42,288 bases of DNA from Syntrophobacterales bacterium (GTDB taxonomy: Bacteria; Desulfobacterota; Syntrophia; Syntrophales; UBA6807), in NCBI GenBank assembly GCA_021159265.1, contig JAGGSD010000108.1:1-42288 (forward strand), in the 5' to 3' direction. Made by a program: the position numbers and the translations under genes. Shown in pieces: positions 1-8,614 of the stretch (the stretch's first letter is position 1; every line of letters starts with the position of its first letter). The notes under the pieces are model-generated. The model made no database searches, had not been told where the DNA came from, and worked only from the letters and a program-made list of their open reading frames with translations.

Positions 1-58
1 ACTGAAGACTCCTGTTTCTTCTCCCGGCGATACCGGAAAATAAAGAAAGGAGGGTTTT

Positions 59-1924
59 ATGGGTAATTCATTGGTAAACATGAGAGATCAGAAGTTTATT
101 ATGTATGAACAACTGGGGATTGAGAAGTTGTTTTCTCTGGAAAAGTACAAGGATTATTCAAGCGAAATTGTGGACATGATGCTCAATGAAGCGGAAAAAA
201 TGGCAGTAGACCTTATTGTTCCGACATACGATGTTGGGGATAAAGAAGGGTGCACTTTCGAAGCCGGTAAGGTTACGATACCCGCCTGCTTTCATGATGT
301 TTACAAGAAGTTTTGTGAAGCCGGGTGGGTTTGTGCCCACAGAGATCCTGAAGTGGGGGGGCAGGGAGCTCCCGTGTCGGTTAATGCAGCCTGTTTCGAA
401 TATTTTAATGCGGCCAATTTTGCCTTTGTTATGTTTCCTGGTTTAACACAGGGAGCGGCCGGATTAATCGAGAATTATGGCACTGAAGAGCAGAAGAATA
501 AGTACATGTATAAGATGTATGCAGGTGAGTGGACCGGCACCATGTGTCTGACTGAGCCGGGTGCGGGAACTGACGTCGGAGCTTTAAGGACTGTGGCTAA
601 AAGACTGCCGGACGGCACGTTCAGCATTACAGGCACAAAGTCTTTTATCTCCTGTGGAGACCATGATCTTACTCCGAATATTGTTCATCCTGTTCTGGCC
701 AGAATAGAGGGAGATCCGCCAGGCACAGGGGGTATTTCTATTTTTATAGTTCCTAAATACAGGTTGAATGATGACGGCAGTCCGGGTGAGTTTAACGATG
801 TCAATACCGGCAATATTGAACACAAGATGGGCATTAAGGGTTCTCCTACATGTACACTGAATTTTGGTGAAAACGGTAAGTGTATTGGCGAACTTCTTGG
901 CAAGGAACGTGAAGGCATAAGGATTATGTTTCAGATGATGAATGAAGCAAGGCTTGATGTCGGTTTCCAGGGCCTGGGGCATGCGAGCGCGGCTTTCGAA
1001 CATTCACTGCAATATGCCATGGAAAGAATCCAGAGCTCCCCCATTTGGGAGATGAAAAATCCCAAAGCCAAAGCCGTTCCAATCTTTGAACATCCTGATA
1101 TCAGGCGGACCCTTCTCTGGATGAAGACATATGTTGAAGGCATCAGAGCTATGAACTATTTTGCCGCCTTTTGTATTGATATGTCGCAAGCTGCCGAACA
1201 AGAGGCCGACAGGAAAAAGTGGGGCGGATTAGTCGAACTTTTAACCCCTGTATGTAAAGCCTTTTCATCAGACAGGGCTCTTGAAGTATGTTCTTATGCG
1301 ATAGATGTATATGGCGGTTATGGCTATTGTTCCGAATACCCCATAGAGCAATACATGAGGGACTGTAAAATTGCCAGTATTTATGAAGGCACAAACGCCG
1401 TTCAGGCTCTTGATCTCGTCGGGAGAAAACTCGGCATGAACAAAGGTCGGAATGTTCTGAATCTTTTCGGGGAAATCACCAGTACCATAAAGAAGGTATA
1501 TGAAATTGATGACCTGAAAGAATACGGCAGTCATTTACAGGAGGCTTTGAATGCTGTTGGCGACCTTACAAGACAATTTGATACATGGGGGAAGAGTGCC
1601 GGTTTCTTGCTGCCCATTCTGAATGCAAGACCATACTTAATGATTTTGGGTGATCTTGTTGTTGGATGGCTGTTGATTCAGGCAGCCCAAATTGCCACGG
1701 AGAAGCTCAATGTTATTTACAGGGAAGCGGATGTTGAAGGCTCAAAAGCCGGACAACGCGCTCTCGCCCGCGAAAACGCAGACGTTGCTTTCTATCAGGG
1801 AAAGATTGCTTCGGCGAAGTATTTTGCGGTTAATGTGTTGCCTACTTTAGAGGGAAGATGTAAGACCATTAAGATCAGCGACAGACTTCCCATTGAGATG
1901 CTGGCAGAGTCATTTAGCTCTTAA
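59..1924 (+). CDS. Long-form acyl-CoA dehydrogenase (~620 aa, Bacillus FadE-like, extra C-terminal helical domain)
   Basis: 621-aa ORF with AAAGGAGGG just upstream of ATG 59. ACAD motifs CLTEPGAGTDVG and ASIYEGTNAVQ (YEG catalytic Glu). About 200 aa extend beyond the canonical ACAD fold. Confidence 0.9.
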   Translation: MGNSLVNMRDQKFIMYEQLGIEKLFSLEKYKDYSSEIVDMMLNEAEKMAVDLIVPTYDVGDKEGCTFEAGKVTIPACFHDVYKKFCEAGWVCAHRDPEVGGQGAPVSVNAACFEYFNAANFAFVMFPGLTQGAAGLIENYGTEEQKNKYMYKMYAGEWTGTMCLTEPGAGTDVGALRTVAKRLPDGTFSITGTKSFISCGDHDLTPNIVHPVLARIEGDPPGTGGISIFIVPKYRLNDDGSPGEFNDVNTGNIEHKMGIKGSPTCTLNFGENGKCIGELLGKEREGIRIMFQMMNEARLDVGFQGLGHASAAFEHSLQYAMERIQSSPIWEMKNPKAKAVPIFEHPDIRRTLLWMKTYVEGIRAMNYFAAFCIDMSQAAEQEADRKKWGGLVELLTPVCKAFSSDRALEVCSYAIDVYGGYGYCSEYPIEQYMRDCKIASIYEGTNAVQALDLVGRKLGMNKGRNVLNLFGEITSTIKKVYEIDDLKEYGSHLQEALNAVGDLTRQFDTWGKSAGFLLPILNARPYLMILGDLVVGWLLIQAAQIATEKLNVIYREADVEGSKAGQRALARENADVAFYQGKIASAKYFAVNVLPTLEGRCKTIKISDRLPIEMLAESFSS

Positions 1925-2038
1925 AAACGGGTTGTTGAGATATAGTCATTAAACGAGAAGTTAAGGCATCATTTCTAAAAATTGAAGAGTGTAATTATAT
2001 AAGATGCTTTGGCTTCTCACCTGACAAGGAGGAATGAT

Positions 2039-4456
2039 ATGTCATATGAAATAAAAAAAGCTGCCGTTTTAGGCGCTGGTGTCATGGGCGCCAGTATAGC
2101 GGCTCACCTGACGAATGCGGGGATTGAATGTTTGTTATTGGACATTATTCCTTTTGAACTGACCGATGCTGACAAGAAAAAAGGTCTGACTGAGGATAGT
2201 CCCGAATGGAGAAACAGTTTTGCCGCAAGAGGATTAGCCGGTGTGTTAAAATCCAAGCCGGCCGGTTTCTATTCAAAGAAAAACGCTTCAATGATTACTA
2301 TTGGTAATCTTGAAGATGACCTGGATAAGTTGTCCGGGATGGACTGGATTATTGAAGTGGTTATTGAAAATCTCAAGATTAAACAGGATCTTTTTGCCAG
2401 AGTTGAAAAAGTTGCAAGACCGGATTGCATTGTGTCCACTAACACCTCCGGATTGCCCATCAAAGAGATTTCAGCCGGCATGAATGGAAAACTGAAGGAG
2501 CGTTTTCTGGGAACACACTTCTATAATCCTCCCCGTTACATGAAACTCCTGGAGATTATTCCCGGTGAGGAAACAAAAAAGGAAGTTGTTGATTACATGA
2601 TCAGGTTTTGCGAGAACGTGCTGGGCAAAGGTGTCGTTATTTGTAAGGACGTTCCCAATTTCGTTGGTAATCGTATTGGAGTTTTCGATATTGCTAATGC
2701 TTTGAAAATAATGGTGGACAGGAAACTGACAATACCGGAGCTGGATGCTATTATCGGCAAGGGAGTGGGAAGGCCAGGTTCCTCCATAGGCGGAACTCTG
2801 GATCTGGTTGGTCTGGATACGGGTTATCACGTTATGAAGAATCTCCATGAAGCGGTGCCGGACGATGAAATGTCCGATTACTTTGTGCCGCTTGAGTTCA
2901 TGGAAAAGATGATGGAGAAAAAATGGTTGGGCAACAAGACTAGGCAGGGGTTCTATAAGAAGACAAAGGACGAAAAGGGAAACAGGATCAAATTGGTTCT
3001 TGATTATAACACAATGGAATATGTTCCCTTTCAAAAACCAAGATTTGCCTCAGTCTACAGCGCGGGCAAGATGGAAGGTGGTTTTGAAGTAAAACTCAGG
3101 GCTTTGTTTAACGGTGAGGATATTGCCGCAGAAGTAGTCAGAGAATATCTCTGCAGGAATTTCATATATGCGGCAAATCGTGTTCCTGAAATATCCGAGA
3201 CTATTGTTGGGATCGATAACACAATGAAATGGGGTTATAATCACAAATTAGGGCCATTTGAGACATGGGATGCAATTGGTGTCAGAGAAGCCGTTGATGC
3301 AATGAAGAAACTGAAATTAAAGGTTCCTAAAAAGATCACGGAAATGTTGAAGGCAAAGTGTGAATCTTTCTATCTCAACAAAGAGGATGGCAAATATTAT
3401 TACGATTTTGAAACAAAAAGTTATGTAAAGCTTGAGACTAATCCAAAGATAATTTTGTTGCCATCTCTGAAAGAGAGAGAAAAGGTTGTTAAAACAAATC
3501 CGGGTGCGTCACTTGTGGATATAGGCGATGGTGTTGCCTGTCTTGAGTTTCATACCAAGATGAACGCAGTGGATGATGATATAATCAAAATGATATATGA
3601 TAGTTGCGATATAGTTGAAAAAGACTTTCTCGGACTGGTCATTGCAAATCACGGAACCAATTTTTCTGTTGGCGCCAATATCTTCCAGATTTTGATCGCA
3701 ATTCAGAGAGGAGACTGGGATGTGCTTGACAAGCTTGTCCGCGATTTTCAGTATGCCAATATGAGAATGAAATACTGTGAAAAACCGGTAGTTACCGCTC
3801 CGGCAGGAATGACCCTGGGTGGTGGTTGCGAGATATCCATGCATGGAGCAAAATGCCAGCCCGCCGGTGAAACCTATATCGGACTGGTCGAAGTCGGCGT
3901 TGGCGTAATTCCTGCGGGAGGAGGAATTAAAGAATCCATGGTGCGTGTAACTGAAGGTATCCCTGATGGAGCCGTAGCAAATGGCCTGAACATGCAGACG
4001 CACTATCAGAAAATCTTTGAAAACATAGGCATGGCCAAAGTAGCCACCAGCGCAGTGGAAGCTATGGAATTAGGTTATATTAGAAAAACAGATGGCATCA
4101 GTATCAATCGTGACCATCAGATCCGGGATGCGAAAGAAGTTGTTCTCGGGTTATCCATGTTTTACAGCAAACCAAAACCGGTTATGATTCCAGTTATGGG
4201 AGACAATTTTAAAGGCATGGCGGAGTCTATTCTGCACAACATGAGATATGGAAATTACATTTCCGACTATGATGTTCATGTGGCAATGAAGCTTGCAGAA
4301 GTTATGTCAGGCGGGGATTGTCCGGAAGGGACATATGTTTCAGAGGACTCGATCCTTGATCTGGAGAGAGAAGCCTTCCTGAGCCTTGGAGGCGAATCGA
4401 AAACCCAGGACAGGATTATGCACATGCTGACGACGGGAAGGCCACTGCGTAATTAA
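2039..4456 (+). CDS. Bifunctional 3-hydroxyacyl-CoA dehydrogenase / enoyl-CoA hydratase (FadN-type order: dehydrogenase N-terminal, crotonase C-terminal)
   Basis: Rossmann motif AAVLGAGVMGASIA at the N-terminus and a crotonase-like region (APAGMTLGGGCEISM) in the C-terminal third. AGGAGG precedes ATG 2039, so the ORF-track TTG at 2009 is probably an over-extension. Confidence 0.88.
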   Translation: MSYEIKKAAVLGAGVMGASIAAHLTNAGIECLLLDIIPFELTDADKKKGLTEDSPEWRNSFAARGLAGVLKSKPAGFYSKKNASMITIGNLEDDLDKLSGMDWIIEVVIENLKIKQDLFARVEKVARPDCIVSTNTSGLPIKEISAGMNGKLKERFLGTHFYNPPRYMKLLEIIPGEETKKEVVDYMIRFCENVLGKGVVICKDVPNFVGNRIGVFDIANALKIMVDRKLTIPELDAIIGKGVGRPGSSIGGTLDLVGLDTGYHVMKNLHEAVPDDEMSDYFVPLEFMEKMMEKKWLGNKTRQGFYKKTKDEKGNRIKLVLDYNTMEYVPFQKPRFASVYSAGKMEGGFEVKLRALFNGEDIAAEVVREYLCRNFIYAANRVPEISETIVGIDNTMKWGYNHKLGPFETWDAIGVREAVDAMKKLKLKVPKKITEMLKAKCESFYLNKEDGKYYYDFETKSYVKLETNPKIILLPSLKEREKVVKTNPGASLVDIGDGVACLEFHTKMNAVDDDIIKMIYDSCDIVEKDFLGLVIANHGTNFSVGANIFQILIAIQRGDWDVLDKLVRDFQYANMRMKYCEKPVVTAPAGMTLGGGCEISMHGAKCQPAGETYIGLVEVGVGVIPAGGGIKESMVRVTEGIPDGAVANGLNMQTHYQKIFENIGMAKVATSAVEAMELGYIRKTDGISINRDHQIRDAKEVVLGLSMFYSKPKPVMIPVMGDNFKGMAESILHNMRYGNYISDYDVHVAMKLAEVMSGGDCPEGTYVSEDSILDLEREAFLSLGGESKTQDRIMHMLTTGRPLRN

Positions 4457-4533
4457 ACCAGAGAAAACCCACTGCTAACCTGAGGTCTTGCGATTTACAG
4501 GCCGGTTGGTATTTCATGATAAGGAGGAAAATC

Positions 4534-5721
4534 ATGTGTGATGCTGTTATTGTTGAATCCGTGAGAAGTCCTGGCGGACGTTATAAAAGGGGAGGTCTTG
4601 CTCAAACCAGGGGTGATGAGATTGGAATTCAGGTGCTAAAAGGGCTTCTGGCAAAAGTCCCCCAACTCAAACCGGAAGATGTGGATGATGTGATTATCGG
4701 GTGCGCTTTTCCGGAAGCGGAGCAGGGTATGAACTTGGGCAGGGTTGTGGCATTGGGCGCCGGACTGCCGGTTACTACTTCGGGCATGACTCTTAATCGT
4801 TTTTGTTCGTCCGGGTTGCAGGCAATTGCCGATGCAACGGCAAAGGTCAGGGCTGGCTGGTCGGATGTTATTATAGCCGGTGGCGTTGAGACCATGAGTC
4901 ACATTCCCATGGGAGGTTCCATATTTCGCCCCCATCCCGACTGGGGAGATTTGCCAAACACCTATGTTTCCATGGGAATCACAGCGGAAAACGTAGCTGA
5001 AAATTATAACATATCGCGGGAAGATCAGGATAAATTTGGTCTGGAGAGCAACCGGAGAGCACATGAGGCGATCAAGGCCGGTAAATTCAAGGATGAAACC
5101 GTTCCGATTAAGGCGTGGAAGTATGCGACTGACAAAAACGGGAAAAAGGTTCGGAATGAAGTCCTCTTCGACACGGATGATGGTGTGAGATGGCCTTCAA
5201 CTATGGAGAATATGGCCAAATTAAAATCGCCTTTCAAAGAGGGTGGATCTGTTACCGCCGCGAATGCTTCACAAATGACGGATGGCGCCGCTTTTTCACT
5301 CATCATGACGCCGGAAAAAGCAAAAGAACTGGGTCTGAAACCTGTTGCGAGATTGACATATTATGCTGTTGAGGGGTGCAATCCGGAAGAAATGGGTGTA
5401 GGTCCTTCCGTTGCCATTCCAAAGGTTCTAAAAATGGCAGGACTGAAATCGAGTGATATAGACTTATTTGAAATTAATGAGGCATTTGCATCCCAGTGCA
5501 TTTACGCTCTCAGGAAGACGGGTCTTGAAAAACGGTACTGGAAGGGTGATATAAATCCCAACGGCGGCGCAATTGCCCTCGGTCACCCTCTGGGATGTAC
5601 CGGAGCCAAGTTGACAGCTCAGTTACTCCACGAGATGCAGAGACGCAAGTCGAAGAAAGGTATAGTATCCATGTGTATAGGTGGTGGTATGGGAGCTGCC
5701 GGAATTTTTGAGATGTTGTAA
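4534..5721 (+). CDS. 3-ketoacyl-CoA thiolase / acetyl-CoA C-acyltransferase (degradative type)
   Basis: Active-site strings NRFCSSGLQAI, NEAFASQ and GHPLGCTGAK. AAGGAGG lies 5 nt before ATG 4534. Confidence 0.92.
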   Translation: MCDAVIVESVRSPGGRYKRGGLAQTRGDEIGIQVLKGLLAKVPQLKPEDVDDVIIGCAFPEAEQGMNLGRVVALGAGLPVTTSGMTLNRFCSSGLQAIADATAKVRAGWSDVIIAGGVETMSHIPMGGSIFRPHPDWGDLPNTYVSMGITAENVAENYNISREDQDKFGLESNRRAHEAIKAGKFKDETVPIKAWKYATDKNGKKVRNEVLFDTDDGVRWPSTMENMAKLKSPFKEGGSVTAANASQMTDGAAFSLIMTPEKAKELGLKPVARLTYYAVEGCNPEEMGVGPSVAIPKVLKMAGLKSSDIDLFEINEAFASQCIYALRKTGLEKRYWKGDINPNGGAIALGHPLGCTGAKLTAQLLHEMQRRKSKKGIVSMCIGGGMGAAGIFEML

Positions 5722-5740
5722 GATATCCTGCAAACGAGCA

Positions 5741-5777
5741 AAAAAGCCATGTTCTTTTCGATCATGGCTTTTTTTGT
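5741..5777. terminator. Bidirectional intrinsic terminator between convergent thiolase and ACAD genes
   Basis: AAAAAGCCATG (5741-5751) pairs with CATGGCTTTTT (5763-5773). A-run on one side and T-run on the other. Confidence 0.6.
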
Positions 5778-5843
5778 GTCTTTTCAGCTCGTACCTTCTC
5801 GCACAAAACCCGAATAAATCCCTCTCACTGAGTGGAAACTGGT

Positions 5844-7034
5844 TTATATGCCGCTTTTAAATTCATCTCTGAGCAGTTCTCTCGAAATAACGATTCTTCT
5901 CACCTCGGAAGTGCCCGCCCCTATATCCCACAGCTTCTGGTCCAGGTAATGTCTGCTTACCGCATATTCCGTGCAGTAACCGTAACCACCATGAATCTGA
6001 ACGGCATCGAGGGCTATTTTTGTTCCCTTTTCGCCACAGTACAACAGGGCCGCTGCTGAAACACGGTCAAGATCAGTTCCTTTTCCACCTCTTTTATCAC
6101 TTAAGGAATCACAATACGACGCCGCGCTGTATGCCATCCACTTGGATGCCTTGTAATCACAATACATATCGGCAAGCTTGCCCTGAATGAGTTGAAAAGA
6201 GGAAATAGGTTTTCCAAACTGAACTCTTTCCTTAGCATACTTTAAAGACAACTCAAGACATGATCTTTGCGAGCCTAAACTGCAACCGCAAAGCGTAATT
6301 CTCTCGGTACATAACCCGCTTGTCAATACAGCAACGCCCATATTATATTCCCCGACAAGGTTTTCAGCGGGTATTTCCATGTCTTCAAATGTAATAAGCC
6401 CTGTGGGCGATGTTCTCATTCCCCATTTCTTAATTTTCTCAGCAGTAAACCCCCTGGTTGTTTTAGGGTAAAACCAGAATGCAGACATCCCATGAGCACC
6501 CTTTTCCGGTTCTGTCTTTGCATAGAACAACATAATATCCGCAACCTGTGCGTTAGTTATAAAAATTTTCGAGCCATTTATAATATATCTGTCACCTTTT
6601 TTCACAGCTCTGGTTGCCATACTCATCGCATCGGAACCAGCATTTGGTTCAGTAATGCCGAGGCAGCCTATATATTCACCGCTGCAAGCTCTGGGCAGCA
6701 CTTCCATTCTATGTTCTTCCCTGGCGTTTCTCCTGAAATTATCAAAACACAGTGTTTGACTTGCTCCAACGGTCATGGAAAGCGCATTGCTCACCCTTGC
6801 AATATTTTCATAAACCAGAACCGTTTCCACATATCCCAAAGCTGTCCCGCCATATTTTTCTTCAAAGACAATTCCATTAACACCAAGTTGTCCGAGTTCC
6901 CTGAACAAATCCGGTGGGAATTCATCTTTCTCATACAACTCCTCCATCTGAGGTTCCAACCAGTCTATTCCCCATTTATACACCATTTCCTCCAGCATTT
7001 GTTGTTCTTCAGTCAGCGTGAAATCTAAGGCCAT
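5844..7034 (-). CDS. Acyl-CoA dehydrogenase with isovaleryl-CoA dehydrogenase-type signature
   Basis: Typical ~396-aa ACAD. The C-terminal IGAGTSEVRR string (Gly where MCAD-type enzymes have the YEG Glu) is the IVD hallmark, and TER in SGLCTERITL is a candidate relocated base. GAAGGAGGA precedes the ATG whose first base is 7034; the ORF-track start at 7073 is an over-extension. Confidence 0.85.
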   Translation of the reverse strand: MALDFTLTEEQQMLEEMVYKWGIDWLEPQMEELYEKDEFPPDLFRELGQLGVNGIVFEEKYGGTALGYVETVLVYENIARVSNALSMTVGASQTLCFDNFRRNAREEHRMEVLPRACSGEYIGCLGITEPNAGSDAMSMATRAVKKGDRYIINGSKIFITNAQVADIMLFYAKTEPEKGAHGMSAFWFYPKTTRGFTAEKIKKWGMRTSPTGLITFEDMEIPAENLVGEYNMGVAVLTSGLCTERITLCGCSLGSQRSCLELSLKYAKERVQFGKPISSFQLIQGKLADMYCDYKASKWMAYSAASYCDSLSDKRGGKGTDLDRVSAAALLYCGEKGTKIALDAVQIHGGYGYCTEYAVSRHYLDQKLWDIGAGTSEVRRIVISRELLRDEFKSGI

Positions 7035-7095
7035 ACCTTCATCCTCCTTCTTTAAAATAATTTCTATGAACACGCATTTACTGCTTTTGAAGTTT

Positions 7096-7345
7096 CGCTA
7101 TGCCGACATGCCGGCATTATAATTGGAAGGTAACTACTCAGGCAGGCACAGAGCGGCAAAGGCACGGCTCGACTGAGCTCGCCGAAGACAAAGGCACAAA
7201 GAGTAAAAAAATAGCAACAGGTGCCGCCTGTGGTCTTCGGTGAGCGTTCGACTGAACGTTCGACGGTTCGACCGAGCTCACGCCGAAGTCTCACGCCGCA
7301 GGCTCACCGAAGACTGTCGGGCGACTGAAGTCGCCCCTACCTGCT
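7096..7345. repeat. Composite intergenic repeat block (hairpins, GTTCGAC triplet, GC-rich palindromes)
   Basis: 13-bp perfect inverted repeat GTCTTCGGTGAGC (7233-7245) / GCTCACCGAAGAC (7302-7314). CGTTCGAC-like unit occurs three times between them. Hairpin GGGCGAC-TGAA-GTCGCCC at 7319-7336. TATAAT-hairpin motif copy at 7096-7122. Confidence 0.7.
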
Positions 7346-7404
7346 ATTTTGGGAAATGTTAAGTCATATGAACTACTTGTAACGCATTTGCAAATTTAAG
7401 TTAC

Positions 7405-8151
7405 TTAAAAATTATCAATTATTTCTAATAATTTCCGACACTCTTCCTCTAATTTTCCAGATATCTTTTCTATTTTCTTAAGATTTTTTTTAACACGGGA
7501 TTTTTTAGTTGATCTTGTTCTGCCTATCCAATCGTCTTTTATGCTGTATTCAAGACAACCGGACCCCAGCAGACGGATAAAATGATCTGCGATTTCTTCC
7601 GGGCGGTAGGGAGAGTATTGCGGTTTGTACCATTTATATATCCAGTTGCACATTCCTATGATGGCATACGACAGCAGTTTGGGATCGTTTTCCGCAAAAA
7701 TGCCTTTTGAAATTCCTTCTTTAATAATTTCTTCAACAATTGCAGTATATTTCTTTTTTTCCGCCCTAATCTTTTGGAAATCTTTTTCACTGACCTGATT
7801 CTCTTCGCTGAAGAAGACAGAAAACATGGATAATTTCTTAATAATGATATTGGTGATGTGGTTGTGAATGATACGTCTTAACTTTTCGTCAGGCGGGATA
7901 TCCATGCCGGCTATCTCATTGGTATCCCTGAAGATATTTTCAAAAGCCTGGGTGTAAATAATCGAAAGAAGTTCATCTTTACTCTCTACATAGTGATAAA
8001 TGGCAGCCTTGCTTATCCCTAATTCTTTTGAAATATCGTCTATCGTAGTAGACTTGTACCCCTTTGCATGAAAGAGATCCAGGGCAGTATCAATGATTTC
8101 CTGTAGTTTTTTACTTTTATCTAATTCCTTGAATTCGTGTTCATTGTCCAT
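7405..8151 (-). CDS. TetR/AcrR-family transcriptional regulator with a Lys-rich C-terminal tail
   Basis: N-terminal HTH GYKSTTIDDISKELGISKAAIYHYVESKDELL. At 248 aa it is about 40-50 aa longer than typical TetR proteins because of a charged tail (TRSTKKSRVKKNLKKIEKISGKLEEECRKLLEII). Confidence 0.9.
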   Translation of the reverse strand: MDNEHEFKELDKSKKLQEIIDTALDLFHAKGYKSTTIDDISKELGISKAAIYHYVESKDELLSIIYTQAFENIFRDTNEIAGMDIPPDEKLRRIIHNHITNIIIKKLSMFSVFFSEENQVSEKDFQKIRAEKKKYTAIVEEIIKEGISKGIFAENDPKLLSYAIIGMCNWIYKWYKPQYSPYRPEEIADHFIRLLGSGCLEYSIKDDWIGRTRSTKKSRVKKNLKKIEKISGKLEEECRKLLEIIDNF

Positions 8152-8170
8152 TTCTTATCCTTTTTTTTAG

Positions 8171-8202
8171 AAGCTCCACTATGCTACATTGCGGCATTAT
8201 AA
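8171..8202. repeat. TATAAT-hairpin-TGGAGCTT motif copy (one of three in the window)
   Basis: AAGCTCCACTATGCTACATTGCGGCATTATAA closely matches the reverse complement of 33820-33850 and also 7096-7122. Read toward tetR it gives TTATAATGCCGC...GCATAGTGGAGCTT. Confidence 0.65.
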
Positions 8203-8224
8203 CGAGAAATAATTTTGTTATTTC

Positions 8225-8451
8225 AAACGAATGTGAGAAGTCTTAGATTTCTCGTCGTTTCACTCCTCGAAATGACGGACGTAAAAACCACTCAGCATCA
8301 ATACTCGAGAGCTTTGCATAAACTTATAAAACATCCTTTTTTGTCATTCCGCGCAAGCGAAGCACGACTCGGAATCCAGTATTATCCGGCAGTCCCTGGA
8401 TTCCGGATCAAGTCTGGAATGACGATTAGAAGGATTGCGCAAAGGTCTCTA
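8225..8451. repeat. Two adjacent decayed copies of the GTCATTC-core palindromic repeat family
   Basis: AGATTTCTCGTCGTTTCACTCCTCGAAATGAC half-core. Full core GTCATTCCGCGCAAGCGAAGCACGACTCGGAATCCAG ... CTGGATTCCGGATCAAGTCTGGAATGAC, bounded by GAGAGCTTTGCATAA (8307) and TTGCGCAAAGGTCTC (8451). Confidence 0.6.
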
Positions 8452-8509
8452 CTAATCTTATATACGCAAAACCTCAAGTAGACAATACTAAAAAATTAAA
8501 AAAAAATAC

Positions 8510-8579
8510 TTGACACTTTCAAACTTTATTGGTAAACGAACAGTCAGTAAATTCGAATGTCCGTTTAGTAACGTATGAT
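8510..8579 (+). promoter_or_regulatory. Candidate promoter/operator region of the mutase operon
   Basis: Consensus -35 TTGACA at 8510-8515, but only a weak -10 (TAAACG) at 17 nt. Alternative -10 TATGAT at 8574-8579. Inverted repeat TAAACGAACA (8533-8542) / TGTCCGTTTA (8558-8567), 9/10 complementary, is a possible TetR operator. Confidence 0.3.
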
Positions 8580-8614
8580 AAAAGAAAAGTCAACCTTATT
8601 ATTACTATTCAAAA

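Noticed and set aside
2009-2038. N-terminal extensions suggested by the ORF track (also 4516, 7073, 13396, 16037, 21979, 28072, 32963, 33858, 35713, 42165)
   Set aside because: In each case an in-frame ATG or GTG a few codons downstream has a much better Shine-Dalgarno sequence and yields the family-typical N-terminus. The longer forms often start at TTG inside the preceding gene or spacer.
2471-3034. 187-aa antisense ORF inside the FadN-like gene, and similar ones at 6492-7028, 3509-4003, 12229-12693, 18310-18936, 20722-21216 and 26768-27265
   Set aside because: All are embedded antisense in well-supported genes, with no ribosome-binding sites or family motifs.
8215-8481. 88-aa ORF, and similar ORFs at 7064-7294, 35425-35691 and 37858-38340
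   Set aside because: They read straight through palindromic repeat elements, giving peptide strings such as SFRASEARLGIQ, VILRSGATKNL and ELVEPCAP. They lack SD sequences. These are typical false gene calls produced by this kind of repeat.
8460-8614. Cobalamin riboswitch upstream of the mutase operon
   Set aside because: The region is AT-rich, and I could not recognise a B12-box-like conserved core or the multi-stem architecture. A covariance-model scan would be needed to exclude it formally.
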